Program-made: the position numbers and the translations under genes
NCBI RefSeq assembly: GCF_001194135.2
Contig: NC_069006.1
Location: 21,749,710-21,813,709 of the forward strand
DNA length: 64,000 bases
Reading direction: 5' to 3'
Source of the DNA: Octopus bimaculoides
Taxonomy: Eukaryota
Notes under the pieces: generated by a model
Told to the model about the DNA's origin: nothing
Seen by the model: only the letters and a program-made list of their open reading frames with translations
Databases searched by the model: none
Shown: positions 26,023 to 38,631 of the stretch, piece by piece
Layout of the letters: the number at the start of each line of letters is the position of its first letter
Numbering within the stretch: position 1 is the stretch's first letter

Positions 26023-27169
26023 ATTGATAAATGAATGAGTAGAGAAGGAGTGAAAACAATGAGGGGAGGAGGATAAATGAAAAAGGAAGAGAGAGGGAGA
26101 GAGAAAGAGAAGGAGGGGAGAGGTAGAAGAGAAAGAGGGGGGATTAATAAACAAAAGAGAAAAAGAAAGAATGAAAACAATAAGGAGAGAAGGACAAATG
26201 AAAGAGAATGGAGGGAGAGAGAGGGAGAAGTAGAATGAGACAGAAGGAGAGGGAGGGGAAAGAGAGGTAGTGTGGGGGAAGAGGTGGAGGAGAGACAAAG
26301 AGAAGGGAGGGGGGTAAGAGAAAATGAATGACAGGAAAAACAGGGGGAGGGGATGAAAAGGAAAGAAAAAAATTAAGAAAAAGTATTGGAAATTTTTAAA
26401 AAGTCACAAAAAAAACTCCAGAAATTTATATAAAATATACAGAAATGAACACAAAAACACACATACACAAATGTTCATGTACACACACGTATACATATAT
26501 ATACACAAATTCACATACACACACAAATACAGATATAAACACAATCATACATAAACACACACACATAATTGTATACTGAAACACATATATACACAAATGT
26601 TAATGCACAAAACATCACACACACACACACACACACATGTATACACATACATAAATGTATAGACAGACAAATGCATACATACACACACATACACACAAAT
26701 GCATACATACATTCACACACACAAATGCATATACACACATACAACCATGGGCCTGCATACAAACTAAAGAGAAAAAAAAATGTGCTTTTTATAGAAGATA
26801 GGATAAAGTTGATGGCAGAATTATTTGTTATCAAATAATGCCTTGAAAGACGGTGGCCCCTTTCTATCCACTTTCCCTCAAAATATATTGAATGATGATA
26901 AACCCTAAAACCCACACCGCATACCCTTCAATCCTATTGATTGAATGAGATGAAATTCATTAAGAATTATTAGAGATTCAATAAAGATATTTAAGCAGAC
27001 ACTAAGTCGTAACTCCACATCTAAAAATAGCAGCCAAATATCCCTAAAATCACATCCTGCCAGCTTAGAAAAGAGATAAAAAATGAAGAACAAATGGAAT
27101 TCTGTATTAGTTGTGGATTCTTTCATGAAAAACCGATGAGGGTTCTGCAGTTTCATGCTGAACAAACCT

Positions 27170-27545
27170 GGCTTGGTTGTGCGATAAGAAGCTTGCTTCC
27201 CAACCACATGGTTCCAGGTTCAGTCCCAGTGTGTGGCACCTCGGGCAAGTGTCTTCTACTATAACCTCAGGCTACTCAAAGCCTTGTGAGTGGAAATTGA
27301 AAGAAGCCCGTTGAATTTGGTAGACGGAAACTGAAAAAGCTCCATTGTATCATCATCATCATCATCATTTAACGTCTGTTGTCCATGCTGGCNNNNNNNN
27401 NNTCAGGCTACTCAAAGCCTTGTGAGTGGAAATTGAAAGAAGCCCGTTGAATTTGGTAGACGGAAACTGAAAAAGCTCCATTGTATCATCATCATCATCA
27501 TCATTTAACGTCTGTTGTCCATGCTGGCATGGGTTGGACAGTGTA
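27170..27545 (+). mobile_element. SINE family A copy, partly duplicated across a 10-N gap, next to an inverted RTE-type tail
   Basis: About 27272-27392 is repeated at 27403-27523. Confidence 0.75.
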
Positions 27546-28117
27546 ACCACAGCTGGCAAGCTGGGGGGGGGGGGCTTGTGCCTATTTCATGAGTCTTTCC
27601 TATGAAATTTCTCATCACACGTTCACACTACTGCAGCTGTAACTTCTCAATGCAGAGAAGTAGCAGCTCAACTTTGAGAAATCCCTGATTTTCAAGCTAA
27701 GTTATATCAGAGTAAAAAAAACATGTTAAGTAAGTCACAACAGCTGAAATGTTGGCAAGAGAAATACAACCACGAGTACGGGGTAGGGTACATGGAGTGT
27801 TTGTTTATGTCTAAATATAGGTCAGGAGTTTATGCATGGAAGTTACTGGTTGATGCCAGTCAGCATGGTGGTTATAAGACTGTACTATTTCCAGCACAGA
27901 TGCAAACGCATTGTCTAAGATGTACAAATGGATGCAAATAACAAAGATTTTAATATAAATGATTTTTATAGGAGACAGGATGACAGTGCATAGTAGTTGT
28001 ATAGCTATATGATCCCTACTTCAAATATATGGATTTGGTTTCTAATACTGTATACTCTGGCTTAAATATCAGGAATAGCCATTTCCTGATATAAGCATCT
28101 GTGTGTGTGTGTAGTGA

Positions 28118-28425
28118 AGGGTCATAGCTCAGTGGTAAGAGTGTCTGGCTCACAGTCATGAAGTAGTGAGTTTGATTCCCAGACTGGGCTGTGCATTGTG
28201 TTCTTGAGCAAGATACTTTATTTCACGTTGTTCCAGTTCACTCAGCTGTAGAAATAAGTTGCGATGTCTCTGGGGCCAAGCTGTATCAGTGTCTGCCTTT
28301 CCTTTGGATAACATCAGTGATGTGGAAAGGAGAGGCTGGTATGCATGGGCGACTGCTGCTGGTCTTCCATAAAACAAACTTGCCCGGACTTGTGCTTTGG
28401 AGGGAACTTTCTAGGGGCAAACCCT
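28118..28425 (+). mobile_element. Full-length tRNA-derived CORE-type SINE
   Basis: A box TAGCTCAGTGGT, B-box-like GTTTGATTCCC, CORE-like TTGTGTTCTTGAGCAAGATACTT...CACTCAGCTGTAGAAAT; homologous to 150-477. Partial copies near 14530, 18695 and 44345. Confidence 0.75.
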
Positions 28426-29519
28426 GGTTGTTGATAAATATTAGTTTCAGAAAAGGAGTAGATATACTGAAGGAGATAGATAACTTGTTAGACTCCTCAC
28501 AGATCTCACTCACTATATTCATCACATCTCGGTCCCTATCTTTATCTGTATTACTTTTATCCACCTGTAATCAGTGTAACTTGATCGACCACACGTTAAG
28601 ATAAAATGTCAGCTCTTCAAAGATTTCTATCTATTTTTGTCCTTCTGTGTTTTTTTTTTTTTTAATATATATAGCTGACCTTTTCTGTTGTCGGTTGACG
28701 GGTATTGCAGAGACAGTAAATTAACCACCACAGCCATGCTTGGGGTGTTTCCAGAAACCAAGTGCATAACCTACTTCTATATACAGATATCTCAAAAATA
28801 AATAGATGCCATCATTTGTTTTGAAAGATTTATTTCTAGAAACAAAATAATGTCATTCCGTTTATTTAACCCTTTAGCATTCAAATTACTCTGTCAAATA
28901 TAATTCTTAATTATTCACATTGTTTCAAGTTAATCATGGATTGTCTCATAGCTTCAAGACTTTGACGATGTGGTCGCTTATTTTTACAATGACATAATAG
29001 GGCAGGTGTGAGATACCAGATCTGGCTGGCTTGAATGTCAAACAGGTAGGATATATGGGCCAGATATGGCCAATTTAACTCTTCCTTTAACCTAAAAATA
29101 GGTGAGTCAATTTATACCACAAGACGACTTTGGAAGACCAAAATTTCCATGTGAAATGCAGCAGGATTTGGAAAGTTAGTGACAATGATTGAATGTTTAC
29201 GCCACATGTTAACACTATATATGCTATGCTGACTTGTGTGTAGGAAAATACATTATGAACTATTTTCACATGCATAGTTATATATATATATGCTGCATGA
29301 GTGCACAATTATAGAGATACACACAAATATATTATACACACATTGCACAGCTGTAGGAAAATCTCTCTCTCTTTCATACACACACACACAATTACACAAA
29401 TGAGATAGAAACATCACACATGGAGAAACATCATCACATATACACGCACTCATATACAAATGGGATAGGCACATAATATAAGAATAAACCTCACATAAAT
29501 ACACACACCACACACACAC

Positions 29520-29564
<45 letters not shown>

Positions 29565-29885
29565 CAAACAGACATGCTATGGAACCATCAAGATAATTTC
29601 ATGTCCATCACAGAATTTAAATGATGGTTATTATGTTCGTTATTTGTGAAAAGCAATATTAATAATTACACATGATTGCAAATGTTACAGAAAAGAAACA
29701 AAAATAAAAGCAAAAAACAGTCACGTAACAACAGCAAAAATAATTACATAACAAAAGACAAAAAATTACACACACACACACACACATGTTCACATACATA
29801 TAACTGCAAACACATCCACAAACATACATACACATACGCACACAGAATATGGAGTAGAGATGTAACAGAAGATATGAAAGGATAG

Positions 29886-29927
<42 letters not shown>

Positions 29928-31999
29928 GGAGGTGGAGACAAAAACAAGGCAATTAGTTAATTTGGAAGAAATGAAATGAAAAAGAAAACAAATAAAAATA
30001 AGCTGAGAACTGGAAGAATTTCTAGTAATAAATACATATTAAATTATATATTATTATTTTAATTAGTTTGCTTTTGTTTTGGAAATTTCTTTGTAATAAT
30101 GTAATAATTGGATGGTTGGTGCAGTAAGTGTACAGACACACACACAAACACAGAGGCACACAGACACACACACACACACATACAAACACAGAGGCACACA
30201 GACACATACACACATACACACACACAAACACAAACACAGAGGCACACAGACACATATGCACATGCATTTATTTATTTTCAGTCATTGGACTGTGGCCATG
30301 TTGTAGTACTACCTTGAAGGGTTTAGCACAGGGTTTTTTAACAACCACTTTTTTATCAATGGACTCCTTCGATTACTATTCTATTGTGGTGGACGCCCAC
30401 CCCATAACTATTTAATGTTTAAAAGCTAGTTTTATAGCGACTTCTTTCAAAATTTCTATTCTGTTATTCACACAGTCACTTGTGTAGTTTGAACTACGTA
30501 AAACGTTACAGAAAGAAACCTGGCTGTTTCTTGCAATACAAACCAATACATACATCTAACACAAAAATTTTTCAGGGATCCTTATAAATTATTCTTGTGG
30601 ACCCCCAATTTACTATTTCATTGAATGGACCCCCAAGAATCTTATATCCATATGGACCCTGTTTGAAGACCACTGAGTAGAAGACACTTGCCAAAGGCTA
30701 TAGTAGAAGACACTTGCCAAAGGTGCCACACAGCAGGACTGAACCCAGAACGATGTGGTTGGGAAGCGAGCTTCTTACCACACAGCCACACCTGTGTTTA
30801 TATATATATGATGGGTTTATTTCAGTATTCATCTACCAGATCCACCCACAAAGCTTTGGTTGGCCTGAGGTTATAGCTGAAGACACTAACCGAAGGTGCA
30901 GTACAGAGGAACTAAAACTAAGACCACAAGCTTCTGATCCAAGAACCATACTGTTACTCCCACACGCACAGACAACACAGACAAAATGAGTCCACTACAA
31001 TTAGCAGAGATACAGAATATTAAAACACTCTTTGTCCTCAGACTGTTTTGAACCAAATAAAGTATAGAAACTGAAAATTTCATTGATGAAATTAAAGAAA
31101 ATGAAAGGAAATTCAAGAAGCATTGATGCAGGTCAGATACTTAATTAATAACTATAATAACGAAAACCAGAACAACAAATAATTATGATGGTTGTAACAT
31201 GATAATGTCAAACAATAATAATAAATTTAAACATTTTCTTAAGTAAACAGATGTAGGGAATGTTTGTATGATGAGGGGAGATATGGAGAGAGAGAGAGAG
31301 CGAGGGATGGGGATGTAAAATGTGTAAGACTTCATGTCTAATGAAGAAATGCATTAGCATTCCGGCACTAGTGATGACTTACAAGCTGTGTGTTTCTGCT
31401 TCCGATGAGAGACAGGGATAAAGTTTTAAGAGATAAGATTGGAAACAACTACATACATAAGATTGGAAACAACTACATACAGACACAAGTACACAAGCAC
31501 AAACATATGTGCATGCGCACACTTATGCATGCATACATGATAGATACTGAAATAGATTTATAGAAATAACAATAAGAAAAGATACACACACACACACACA
31601 GAGGCATTCACGTATCCATATGATCATACATGCAGCCATACATGTACACACACTCACAAATATACACATATATTCACATACAACTACACACACATTTAGG
31701 CATATATACGCATACTGCACACACACACACACATATACACACATATATTCACATACAACTACACACACATTTAGGCATATATANNNNNNNNNNTTTAGGC
31801 ATATATACGCATACTGCACACACACACACACATATACACACATATATTCACATACAACTACACACACATTTAGGCATATATATATGCATGCAATGTATGT
31901 ACATGTATGCATACAGCCTGATGCACATACATGTACATGCGTACAATGTACTCATTTAGCCACACATAAACAGACATATATATACATACATACATACAC

Positions 32000-32037
<38 letters not shown>

Positions 32038-32643
32038 TTATACAAGCACACATACAGATATACATATAGATACACATACAACCATATGCACACATACTTT
32101 CTCATAAGACACGAATAGGTAAATGTATATAAAGAAACAAACATGCACAGACAAAATTAAAACTATTCCAGGAAGACAACATATATTTAGAAGAAGAAAG
32201 AATACAGGGTCTCTAGATAGCATTTCATAGGAAAACACAGACTCCCTCCTCACTTCAGTGAATGAAGATTCAGCAAGACAAAGCTGTTTCCAATTCAATG
32301 TCTTTGAAAAAAGCGTGATGGTATTAATGTTGGTGTTTTGGTTTGTTGAACAACCTGCATGAAAAATATTATACTGTGTAACATGATTTTTGTCCTTGAG
32401 TGGCAACTGTTATTTACCATTTGCCTACCCCTAGAAATTTTGAAAAATGGCTAATATTTCTTTTTCCTTTTGTTATATTTATTCAAACCTCTACGAATCC
32501 CCCACTACCCCTGCTCATGATCAGAGTAGCAACACCTGTCAGTGTCCTAGCTACAGGTTAGCTAGCATGTCAAGGAACCGCCTCCTTTGAAGCAGGTTTG
32601 GTTGCTATTTCTAGCAAATTGAGGAAGGGCCTGTTTTGTGACA

Positions 32644-32713
<70 letters not shown>

Positions 32714-34267
32714 GATGGGCCACTTTCAGTTTCTGTCTACCAACATATACTCACACACACATATCAGTCTGTATGTTTATATGTATGTATGTATACACAG
32801 AGTATCTACATGCATGCGTGACTTCCTGTTTACCATGCCAAGACTTTGGTTGGCCCAGGCTATAGTAGAAGACATTTGCCCATGGTGTCATGCAGTGGGA
32901 CTGAACCCGGAACCATGTGGTTGGAAAGCAAGCTTCTTACCACACAGCCACTCCTGGGGAAAATTTGGCTGTTATTTCTAGAAATTTAAGTAACACTATA
33001 AAGGCTCTCCCAACTGGTTCTGGGGCTTTGAGTAAAGTGTGATCTGAGGTTGTTTCGGTTGCTTTCTTCTAGCAAGACAAGCGACCATGCAGAGAGCATA
33101 TCTTTGAGTTCTTGGAGCTAATCTTCATAGTAAATCGCTTGTACGGCTTTGCAACANNNNNNNNNNNNNNNNNNNNNNNNNNNNNNNNNNNNNNNNNNNN
33201 NNNNNNNNNNNNNNNNNNNNNNNNNNNNNNNNNNNNNNNNNNNNNNNNNNNNNNNNNNNNNNNNNNNNNNNNNNNNNNNNNNNNNNNNNNNNNNNNNNNN
33301 NNNNNNNNNNNNNNNNNNNNNNNNNNNNNNNNNNNNNNNNTATGTGTATGTATTTATGTATGTATGCATACATATACATGTATATATATATATATTTGCA
33401 TATACATGTATACACACACATACACATACTTGCGTACATATAACCATCACCATTGTTTAACGATGGTATATACATATGTACATACATATGTATGTATATT
33501 TGTGCATGTATACATATATACATATATATATATTTGTGCATGTATACATACACACACACATATATATATATATATACATATATATATGCATGTATGTATG
33601 TATAGCTATGTATATATAATCATTGTTATGTGATGGTAATGATTATATATACACACATCTATATATATATGTATGTATGTATGTATATATATGTATATAT
33701 ATATATATATATAAATGCATACATACATTCATACATACATACTACACATATAAACAAAGACATACACGTGAGTATGCATTAACATTTAATATATTGTGAC
33801 TAGCTTTTTTTTTCTTTATCAATCATGCCAATATATTAAATGTTATTCTATGCAAGTGTATATATGCATATAATTTTCACATGTACACTCGCATACATTT
33901 GTGTGAGCCAAGAACACAAACACCCTGCAAGAGTGTATCTGCACGAACAATAAATACCCATGAGTCTGTATTATGTGTGCTATACACACAGTCATTTGGG
34001 AAGTAGTGTTATTTTAGCCAGCCTCTACATAGTCATTCAAACTGCTAGAAATAGCAGCCAAACTTCTTGCAGCTGGTTGCAGCTGTTTCATTTTATACTC
34101 TTTGACTGTGTCACTAAAGAGAGCTTCTTTGATTTTCAGATTGTATGAAACACTTCTAGTGAAGCATTGTTCCTTTCTATACATTTTGCTAGCCACTATT
34201 CACCAGAGTGCTGACAAAGGTAACTGCCTGGATTCTCAAAGCTCTTTCATTTGCTCGCTCTCTCTCT

Positions 34268-34307
<40 letters not shown>

Positions 34308-34946
34308 CTTATATGGCCTGCCTGCCTAGCCAGTGGGGGTGGCACCATTTGCAAGCTACGACAACACCAGGAAGCGCTTTGTGAGCAGCAGTGTATAGAA
34401 ATAAAGTGTATAACAATCTGGTTGATCCAGTGTGTGTGTGTGTGTGTGTGTGGCTTATAAACACCTTCTACGCTGCAATTGTTTTCGTTCCAGCATACGA
34501 TCTCAGATCAGGTCACTTGCTATGCAAGTACATCTCCGTAATATATATATATATATATAAACATATACTCACACACACATCAGTGTGTATGTTTATATGT
34601 ATGTACGTATACATAGAGTATCTACATGCATGTGTGATTTCCTGTTTACCATGCCATAACAGTGATTGAAATAATAAGGAATTCTTGAGAAACAGTTGAA
34701 GTATCACCCTTGTTGTTCCAGCAACACATCCCATGCAGTGGAACACCTACACGCTGCCGAACCACTTATCTCACTGTAACGTGAAAATAGGCTATGTTTA
34801 GAAGGCAACAAAACACACATATGTATATGTGTGCTGTATTTGCCAGCATATAAGACGTGCTTTTTTTTCTTCTTCCTATTTATAAACGTATCGAAAAATT
34901 GCTGTGTTTCACATGTTAACCGCCCTCGCCTGTCACTGGTACTTAC

Positions 34947-35013
34947 CGGTGATGCCACAAAATTCAACATGCTATAACAGGAACGCCTCGATAATATATG
35001 AGTTAATTTGTTC
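34947..35013 (-). other. Candidate 67-nt cassette or non-coding exon inside the PPM1E intron
   Basis: Acceptor TTTTTTCACTTTCTGAGTTCTCTCCAG|G and donor CCG|GTAAGT in unique, CpG-retaining sequence. Confidence 0.4.
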
Positions 35014-36096
35014 CTGGAGAGAACTCAGAAAGTGAAAAAACTCGTAAAGCAGAAGACTAATTTCCCATAGTCGTAATGTTGTAAATTGTAATTTGTTCAC
35101 AGTAAAATATTTTTCCTATAAAATTTATAATCCTCGTAAATAAATGGCAATAAAACCACAGCAGAATGTAAAGAATAGTTTATGTAAAGTAAAAAGAATG
35201 TGAAGATCATTTATACAAAAAAAAAAAGAAAATATGATCGTTTTCTGAATCACTTTCACTAGACTCGCGTACACCACCACCACTTGTAGAAGCGATTACC
35301 GATTCACTAACACTTGGAGACAGACTTCTAGATTTTTTTTTAAAAAACAAATCTAGTTTTTTTGTTGTTTAGAAGAAGCTTTTTTTTTTTCGCTCTCTAT
35401 AAATTTCTCAGCAACATTCAGAAGTATTTGTTACGGTGGTAGAAACTTGCCCTTACATGAACTCCCAAGGGTCGTTTGGACCTCAGTTGAGAACCACTAG
35501 GTCAATGGTTGTCACCTTGGGTCCGGCTCCTGAGGGTTCATGCAACATAATAGTAAACTGGAAGTCCACAATAGTATTTTAAGGAGTTATGAAAAATTTT
35601 TTACTTTAGATGTACGTGGCCAATGTCCAATGCTAATGTCACAAATTAGCACCCATGCTGGTGGCACATAAAAAGCATTGGGCCTCACGGAAGCAATAAC
35701 AAATGACTGAGACCTTTGGCAATGTACTGTGCTTGAGTAGAAGACCCATCAAGCCAAGTGAATTCGTAGTTGAGGCAGATACCGGCGTCACACAACTGGC
35801 ACCTGTGGGGGTGGCACATAAAAGTACCCAGCCATAGAAAACCATGCCAAATCAGATTGGAGTCTTGTGCAACCCCTCAGTTTACCAGCCTTGGTCAAAC
35901 AGTCCAACCCATGCCAGCATGGACAACGGACGTTAAATGATGATGATGATGATGATGTATGTATGTATTGCAAGAAACAGCTAGGTTTCTTTCTCTAATG
36001 CTTTACATAGTTCAGCCTACACAAGTTCATGTGTGAAAACCAAAATAGGAATTTTGAAAGAAGTTCCTATAAAATTAGTTTTTAAACATAATGCCG

Positions 36097-36420
36097 TCTG
36101 ACTGGCCTTCGCAGGATTTTCGAGCGAGATCGTTGCCAGTGCCCCTGGACTGGCTCTTGTGCGGGTGGCACATAAAATACACCATTTTGAGCGTGGCCGT
36201 TGCCAGTACCGCCTGACTGGCCTTCGTGCGGGTGACACGTAAAAGCACCCACTACACTCTCTGAGTGGTTGGCGTTAGGAAGGGCATCCAGCTGTAGAAA
36301 CTCTGCCAAATCAGATTGGAGCCTGGTGTAGCCATCTGGTTTCACCAGTCCTCAGTCAAATCGTCCAACCCATGCTAGCATGGAAAGCGGACGTTAAACG
36401 ACGACGATGATGATGATGAA
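36097..36420 (+). mobile_element. Young SINE family C copy
   Basis: Near-identical to 62985-63237, with internal short duplications. Confidence 0.85.
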
Positions 36421-36909
36421 AGGCTATGGAGGTCCACCAGAATAGAATAGCAATCAAATGGGTCCATAGGCAAAAAATGGTTGAGAACCCCTGCCCTAAA
36501 TGTGATATGCCATCAACACCCTTTAGTTTAGTATGCCTGTGAGACATTGGTCATTTCGTCATCATTTAATGTCCATTTTCCCATGCTTGCATGGATGAGA
36601 GAGAATTTCTTGAGACTGATTTTTTTCTACAGCTGGATGCCCTTCCTGTCATCAACCCTCACCTGTTTTCGAGCAACGTAATACTTCTCCATAGTTGGAC
36701 TTGTTTTTCATGGAAGACTGGGAATGAACAAACTTGCTTGAATGATGCTGCTCGTGCTGCCAACTTATGACCATCACACAGTGTCTAGACAAAGGCACAC
36801 ACACACGCACGCTTACATACTAGACACTGTTTTCTTGATAATAATAGGGTTTGAGTTTTTCTCTTTGCTATTAAAAAAGAGAGACAATATCAAAGGATTC
36901 TTTCATATT

Positions 36910-37878
36910 NNNNNNNNNNNNNNNNNNNNNNNNNNNNNNNNNNNNNNNNNNNNNNNNNNNNNNNNNNNNNNNNNNNNNNNNNNNNNNNNNNNNNNNNNNN
37001 NNNNNNNNNNNNNNNNNNNNNNNNNNNNNNNNNNNNNNNNNNNNNNNNNNNNNNNNNNNNNNNNNNNNNNNNNNNNNNNNNNNNNNNNNNNNNNNNNNNN
37101 NNNNNNNNNNNNNNNNNNNNNNNNNNNNNNNNNNNNNNNNNNNNNNNNNNNNNNNNNNNNNNNNNNNNNNNNNNNNNNNNNNNNNNNNNNNNNNNNNNNN
37201 NNNNNNNNNNNNNNNNNNNNNNNNNNNNNNNNNNNNNNNNNNNNNNNNNNNNNNNNNNNNNNNNNNNNNNNNNNNNNNNNNNNNNNNNNNNNNNNNNNNN
37301 NNNNNNNNNNNNNNNNNNNNNNNNNNNNNNNNNNNNNNNNNNNNNNNNNNNNNNNNNNNNNNNNNNNNNNNNNNNNNNNNNNNNNNNNNNNNNNNNNNNN
37401 NNNNNNNNNNNNNNNNNNNNNNNNNNNNNNNNNNNNNNNNNNNNNNNNNNNNNNNNNNNNNNNNNNNNNNNNNNNNNNNNNNNNNNNNNNNNNNNNNNNN
37501 NNNNNNNNNNNNNNNNNNNNNNNNNNNNNNNNNNNNNNNNNNNNNNNNNNNNNNNNNNNNNNNNNNNNNNNNNNNNNNNNNNNNNNNNNNNNNNNNNNNN
37601 NNNNNNNNNNNNNNNNNNNNNNNNNNNNNNNNNNNNNNNNNNNNNNNNNNNNNNNNNNNNNNNNNNNNNNNNNNNNNNNNNNNNNNNNNNNNNNNNNNNN
37701 NNNNNNNNNNNNNNNNNNNNNNNNNNNNNNNNNNNNNNNNNNNNNNNNNNNNNNNNNNNNNNNNNNNNNNNNNNNNNNNNNNNNNNNNNNNNNNNNNNNN
37801 NNNNNNNNNNNNNNNNNNNNNNNNNNNNNNNNNNNNNNNNNNNNNNNNNNNNNNNNNNNNNNNNNNNNNNNNNNNNNN
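36910..37878. other. Largest assembly gap (N run)
   Basis: Other gaps: 8574-8583, 10789-10798, 17637-18127, 23966-24212, 27393-27402, 31784-31793, 33157-33340, 38738-39204, 41765-42057, 44060-44343, 45927-45960, 48808-49617, 56437-56521, 59259-59467. Confidence 0.99.
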
Positions 37879-38030
37879 TGCGTACGAGTAGGAAAAACGT
37901 TTATCAAAACAACACGGTTAAGGGAAGTTTAAGGTAAATGTCACTTTCTTCTTCTCTTTGTGCGCTCACGTGTTTCAAAAAAGAAAAAAACTTGTGTTCC
38001 ACACATGAACACACATAAGCATACATACAT

Positions 38031-38067
<37 letters not shown>

Positions 38068-38433
38068 TTTACGATGGCTTGAAAAGTAGAGCTGCCTAAT
38101 GTTGTGCCTTCATTTCACGCTCACTAACGCAGCCGTTCCACACAGGAACCCGATACAAATAAGTATAAGAGGAAGACGAAAAAAAAAAGAAAAAGGAAAG
38201 AAAGAAAAAAACTGCTGGCAATCAATTCGATATGATCGACTAAAAAACATCTCAAAAATATTGCCACCGCCGCCAACATTACTGCAGTCAAATGACAGGA
38301 AACAGCGAGAGAATTAAGAGAATAAATAATAAATAATATGTATTTATATAGGAGTATACGCGTATGTGTACATATATATATATATTTATGTTTGTATATG
38401 TATACATTTACACAAACACACATCATGTGTATA

Positions 38434-38469
<36 letters not shown>

Positions 38470-38532
38470 AGCAGAAGCATATATACTCATATTTTGAATT
38501 CTATATTTCCTGTTTGCATCTCTCTCTCTCTA

Positions 38533-38565
<33 letters not shown>

Positions 38566-38599
38566 TACACACACACCTATCTATCTATCTACCTGTCTG

Positions 38600-38631
<32 letters not shown>

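Noticed and set aside
28118-28190. tRNA gene
   Set aside because: A/B boxes continue into a CORE-like SINE body and no cloverleaf is evident; other B-box matches are also SINE heads.
32268-32377. Open minus-strand segment with possible acceptor and donor (GCSTNQNTNINTITLFSKTLNWKQLCLAESSFTE)
   Set aside because: No convincing similarity to PPM1E exons 2-3, and splice signals are ordinary.
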